From assembly GCA_017886645.1 (NCBI GenBank), contig JAGHJM010000012.1, positions 1 to 49,528 of the forward strand: a DNA stretch of 49,528 nucleotides, read 5' to 3'. This DNA is from Clostridia bacterium. Lineage in GTDB: Bacteria > Bacillota > Clostridia > TANB77 > CAG-508. Of the stretch, positions 46,285 to 49,528 are shown in pieces; the first letter of the stretch is position 1, and each line of letters begins with the position of its first letter. A program made the translations under genes and the position numbers. The notes below the pieces were generated by a model. It worked only from the letters and a program-made list of their open reading frames with translations. It ran no database searches and was not told where the DNA came from.

Positions 46285-48684
46285 ATGAAATATAAGGAAT
46301 TAATACAAAAGATGACTTTAGAAGAAAAAGCTAGTTTGTGTGTTGGAAAAGATTTATGGCATACAAATGAAATACCGAGGCTTTATGTACCAACTATTAT
46401 GATGGCTGATGGACCAAATGGCTTAAGAATTGAAACTACTAATAGAAGAAGAAATGATTTAGAAATACCAACTAGTGAAATAGCAGTTTGCTTTCCTACA
46501 GAAGCTACACTTGCAAATAGCTGGAACAAGAACTTAATATATAAAGTAGGAAAAGCAATTGGTAAAGAAGCACTATGTAAAGGAATAAGTATTTTATTAG
46601 GACCAGGGGTTAATATTAAAAGAAGCCCTTTGTGTGGAAGAAATTTTGAATATTTTTCAGAAGATCCGTATTTAGCAGGAACTTTAGGAATATCATATGT
46701 AAATGGAGTTCAAGAAAATGGTGTTGCTACTTGCGTAAAACATTTTGCAGCAAATAACCAAGAATGTAACAGAAGATTAATAGATGTGGTAATTGATGAA
46801 AGAACTTTAAGAGAAATTTATTTAAAAGCATTTGAAATGATAGTAAAAGAGGCAAAGCCATATTCTATTATGAGTGCATATGATAGAATTGATGGTATAT
46901 ATTGTTCAGATAATAAGAAATTAATAAATGATATATTATATAGTGAATGGAACTTTGAAGGAATTGTTATAACAGATTGGAGTGCAGAAGATAATAGAGT
47001 AGAAGGGATAAAAGCAGGAACTGCTATAGAAATGCCAGGCAATAGGGCAGGAATTAAAGAACAAATTGTAGAAGCAGTAAAAAATGGTGATTTAGAGGAA
47101 GAAAGATTAGATGAAATAGTAGATAAGATATTAAATATAACTTTTAAATTAGCAGATAATAAAAGAAATGGAAAATATAGTGAAATAGAAGATCATAATT
47201 TAGCTTTAGAAGCGGCAGAAGACTCTGTAGTGCTTTTAAAAAACGAAGATAATATTCTTCCTATAAAAAATAAAAAAATAGCTATAATAGGTGATTTTGC
47301 AATAAATCCAAGATACCAAGGTGCAGGAAGTGCAAAAGTAAATCCGTATAAGTTAGAAAATGCATATAACTATTTTAAGGAACTGGGATATGAATTTGAT
47401 TTTGCAAAAGGATATGAAAGAAGCATATCAAATAACAATGATGAATTATTACAAGAGGCTGTAGAAGTCTGCAAAAATAATGAAGTTGTACTTATTTTTG
47501 CAGGTTTAACAGAAATAGAAGAAGCGGAAGGGCTAGATAGAAATAGTTTAGATATATCTAAATCACAAAATAAATTGATAGAAGAAATATGTAAAGTAAA
47601 TAATAATGTGGTAGTTGTATTATCAAATGGTGCACCTATTACTATGCCATGGAAAGATAAAGTAAAAGGTATTATTACAGGTTATCTTGGAGGAGAAACA
47701 GGGGCTAAGGCAATAGTAAATTGTATAGTTGGAAAAGTAAATCCAAGTGGTAAACTTGCAGAGACATATCCTATTAAATTAGAAGATACACCATGCTATA
47801 ATAATTTTCCTGGAACAGATGTAATTGTAGAATATAAAGAAGCAATTTATGTAGGATATAGGTATTATGATAAAATAGAAAAAGATGTATTATTTCCATT
47901 TGGATATGGATTAAGTTATACTAATTTTATGTATTCTAACTTAAAAATTAATCAGAATAATACTGATATAGAAGTAAGCTTTAAAATAAAAAATATTGGA
48001 AATGTAAAAGGAAAAGAAATTGCACAAGTTTATATTTCTAAAGAAAATTCAAACATATATAGGGCTAAAAAAGAATTAAAAGGTTTCGAAAAAATAGAAT
48101 TAGAGTCAGGAGAAGAAAAAGAAATTGTAGTACATTTAAATAAAGATTTATTTAATTATTATGATGTAAAAAGTAAAAAATGGAGTATAGAATCAGGAAA
48201 ATATAAGATATTAGTAGGAAAGTCTAGTAAAGATATTGTATTAGAAAGCGAAATAGATATAGAATCTAATGATATATGCGAAATAAACAATGTCCCAGAA
48301 TGCTATAAAACAGGACATATTGAAAATGTTAGAGATGAAGACTTTGAAAAAATTTTAGGAAAAACAATTCCAAATAAACATATTAATATAAGTGAAATTA
48401 CTGATGCAAATTCTTTAGAGCAAATTAGAGAAACGAAAATAGGAAAATATATTTACGAAAAAGAAATGAAAAGAGCAAATATTTTTTTTGAAGCACAAAA
48501 TGTAGATAAAGGATATAAAATAATTCAAAGACTTCAAAAACCTATTAAAAGATTTTATGAAAAGAAAAATGCGAAAATTACAAAAGAAATAGTAGATGAA
48601 TTTATTAAAATAGCAAAAGAGAATGTAGAAAATTATGATATAGAATTTGTGAAATTATATTTTGGCGATTATGTAAATAAATAA
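46285..48684 (+). CDS. glycoside hydrolase family 3 beta-glucosidase with a C-terminal Fn3-like domain
   Basis: MTLEEKASLCVG..W, DGPNGLR, KHFAANNQE, VITDWSA (nucleophile Asp), and the Fn3-like block EIAQVYI...KELKGFEKI. Confidence 0.9.
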   Translation: MKYKELIQKMTLEEKASLCVGKDLWHTNEIPRLYVPTIMMADGPNGLRIETTNRRRNDLEIPTSEIAVCFPTEATLANSWNKNLIYKVGKAIGKEALCKGISILLGPGVNIKRSPLCGRNFEYFSEDPYLAGTLGISYVNGVQENGVATCVKHFAANNQECNRRLIDVVIDERTLREIYLKAFEMIVKEAKPYSIMSAYDRIDGIYCSDNKKLINDILYSEWNFEGIVITDWSAEDNRVEGIKAGTAIEMPGNRAGIKEQIVEAVKNGDLEEERLDEIVDKILNITFKLADNKRNGKYSEIEDHNLALEAAEDSVVLLKNEDNILPIKNKKIAIIGDFAINPRYQGAGSAKVNPYKLENAYNYFKELGYEFDFAKGYERSISNNNDELLQEAVEVCKNNEVVLIFAGLTEIEEAEGLDRNSLDISKSQNKLIEEICKVNNNVVVVLSNGAPITMPWKDKVKGIITGYLGGETGAKAIVNCIVGKVNPSGKLAETYPIKLEDTPCYNNFPGTDVIVEYKEAIYVGYRYYDKIEKDVLFPFGYGLSYTNFMYSNLKINQNNTDIEVSFKIKNIGNVKGKEIAQVYISKENSNIYRAKKELKGFEKIELESGEEKEIVVHLNKDLFNYYDVKSKKWSIESGKYKILVGKSSKDIVLESEIDIESNDICEINNVPECYKTGHIENVRDEDFEKILGKTIPNKHINISEITDANSLEQIRETKIGKYIYEKEMKRANIFFEAQNVDKGYKIIQRLQKPIKRFYEKKNAKITKEIVDEFIKIAKENVENYDIEFVKLYFGDYVNK

Positions 48685-48756
48685 AAATTAAATAAATAAA
48701 AAAATAAAAAATAGCCATACTAATAATGAAAATTATCTTAAAGGAGGCTATTTTTT

Positions 48757-48921
48757 ATGGAAAAAAATCAAAAAATAAACTGCACAGTTGGCAGTTGCAA
48801 ATATAATGATATAGGAAGGCAGGAATGTAAGTTAGAACAAATAATTGTGACACCAGTGGTAGGATGTGAAACAAAACAAGCTGACGAGTCTATGTGTAGT
48901 AGTTACAAATCTGAAAATTAA
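48757..48921 (+). CDS. DUF1540-type small cysteine-rich protein (54 aa), absent from the ORF track
   Basis: AAGGAGG RBS 8 nt before the ATG. INCTVGSCKYN....CKLEQIIV....GCET fits the DUF1540 Cys pattern. Confidence 0.6.
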   Translation: MEKNQKINCTVGSCKYNDIGRQECKLEQIIVTPVVGCETKQADESMCSSYKSEN

Positions 48922-48978
48922 TAATTATATGTAAAATAGAGATGCACGAGATAAAAAATATATATTATAAAAAATAGA

Positions 48979-49008
48979 AAAGGGTACACCTCAAATGGCG
49001 TACCCTTT
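48979..49008. terminator. GC-rich hairpin between convergent units
   Basis: AAAGGGTACACC / GGCGTACCCTTT (one mismatch), 6-nt loop. The T-run is on the - strand side only. Confidence 0.5.
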
Positions 49009-49034
49009 CCAAATTTAATTTTAATAGAATTAAA

Positions 49035-49205
49035 TTACTGGAAGTGCGTATTTAGGGATCTTACACATCCATAAGGATTAATCCTGAAAAATGTGTTTCT
49101 GTTTCCAATGCCAACTTCTTTAACATTATTTACTTCCCGCAAAACACGAGATGCAAACTTGTCCTTTACTTCAGGCTCTCCATGAACTATATTTATAAAG
49201 TTGAT
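49035..49205 (-). pseudogene. start-less remnant resembling the C-terminus of an MBL-fold / beta-CASP hydrolase
   Basis: The - strand frame reads NRFSHINFINIVHGEPEVKDKFASRVLREVNNVKEVGIGNRNTFFRINPYGCVRSLNTHFQ*. There is no in-frame ATG, GTG or TTG upstream before the frame runs into the fba promoter. VHGE is the classic last MBL/beta-CASP motif. Confidence 0.35.
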
Positions 49206-49235
49206 GTGAGAGAAACGATTTAAGAAAGAAATATA

Positions 49236-49264
49236 TTGACATTAACAAAATTTAGAAATAAAAT
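49236..49264 (+). promoter_or_regulatory. candidate sigma-A promoter for fba
   Basis: TTGACA (49236-49241), 17-nt spacer, TAAAAT (49259-49264). Confidence 0.5.
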
Positions 49265-49296
49265 AGATATACTAGGATAAAAAAGGAGGAAATTTT

Positions 49297-49528
49297 ATGC
49301 CATTAGTAACGACAAAAGATATGTTTGAAAAATCAATGAAGGAGCATTTTGCAATAGGGGCTTTTAATGTAAACAATATGGAAATTATACAAGCAATAGT
49401 AGATGCTGCAGCAGAAGAAAATTCACCAGTAATTTTACAAGCATCATCAAGTGCAATAAAATATGCAAGAATTGGTTATTTAAGAAAAATGGTTGAAGCA
49501 GCAATAGAAGAACATGATATACCTATCG
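49297..49528 (+). CDS. fba: class II fructose-bisphosphate aldolase (N-terminal part; runs off the window)
   Basis: MPLVTTKDMFEKSMKEHFAIGAFNVNNMEIIQAIVDAAAEENSPVILQAS. RBS AAGGAGGA. Confidence 0.9.
   Translation, partial: MPLVTTKDMFEKSMKEHFAIGAFNVNNMEIIQAIVDAAAEENSPVILQASSSAIKYARIGYLRKMVEAAIEEHDIPI

Noticed and set aside
1-49528. CRISPR arrays, tRNA or rRNA genes, transposases or IS ends, and prophage structural genes.
   Set aside because: I found no regularly spaced direct repeats, no cloverleaf-like GC-rich ~75-nt segments in the intergenic regions, and no DDE, serine or tyrosine recombinase other than the housekeeping Xer tail at the window start.

Overview
This is an AT-rich chromosomal segment: most 60-nt lines I counted by hand are about 20-30% G+C. 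It comes from an endospore-forming, Clostridia-like Firmicute; the species cannot be assigned from sequence alone.

Most genes are core genes on the + strand, with AGGAGG-type RBSs and clear hairpin/T-run terminators:
- the tail of a XerC/D-family recombinase
- rny-ymdB-spoVS, an orphan family-5 solute-binding protein, recA-recX, scpA and ytfJ
- an S11 D-Ala-D-Ala carboxypeptidase and a VanW protein (- strand)
- rpmE, yebC and the full spoIIIAA-AH operon
- an ECF sigma/anti-sigma pair, pfkA, argS, glmM, metG, a tmk-like kinase and ldh
- a peroxiredoxin, a GH3 beta-glucosidase, a DUF1540 mini-protein and the start of fba

I saw no rRNA, tRNA, CRISPR array, transposase or phage structural genes.

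What stands out:
1. Two ~0.4 kb single-gene cassettes of clearly foreign composition (45-48% G+C), at 14963-15376 and 44081-44487. Each has its own near-consensus promoter, RBS and GC-rich terminator, and each is wedged into a host 3' region with no visible mobility gene.
2. A self-contained four-gene operon (8857-11468). It encodes an Amidoligase_2/GCS2-like enzyme, a translationally coupled unknown ORF and two paralogous membrane-anchored small proteins.
3. A monocistronic 982-aa acidic protein with internal repeats and no motif I recognise.
4. Gene decay: a frameshifted spoIIIAA, a frameshifted OmpR-type response regulator, a histidine kinase reduced to its ATPase tail, and a start-less MBL/beta-CASP-like remnant.

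None of these is a proven new system. The foreign-GC cassettes and the amidoligase operon are the best candidates for follow-up. All family assignments come from motif recognition by eye, not from database searches.
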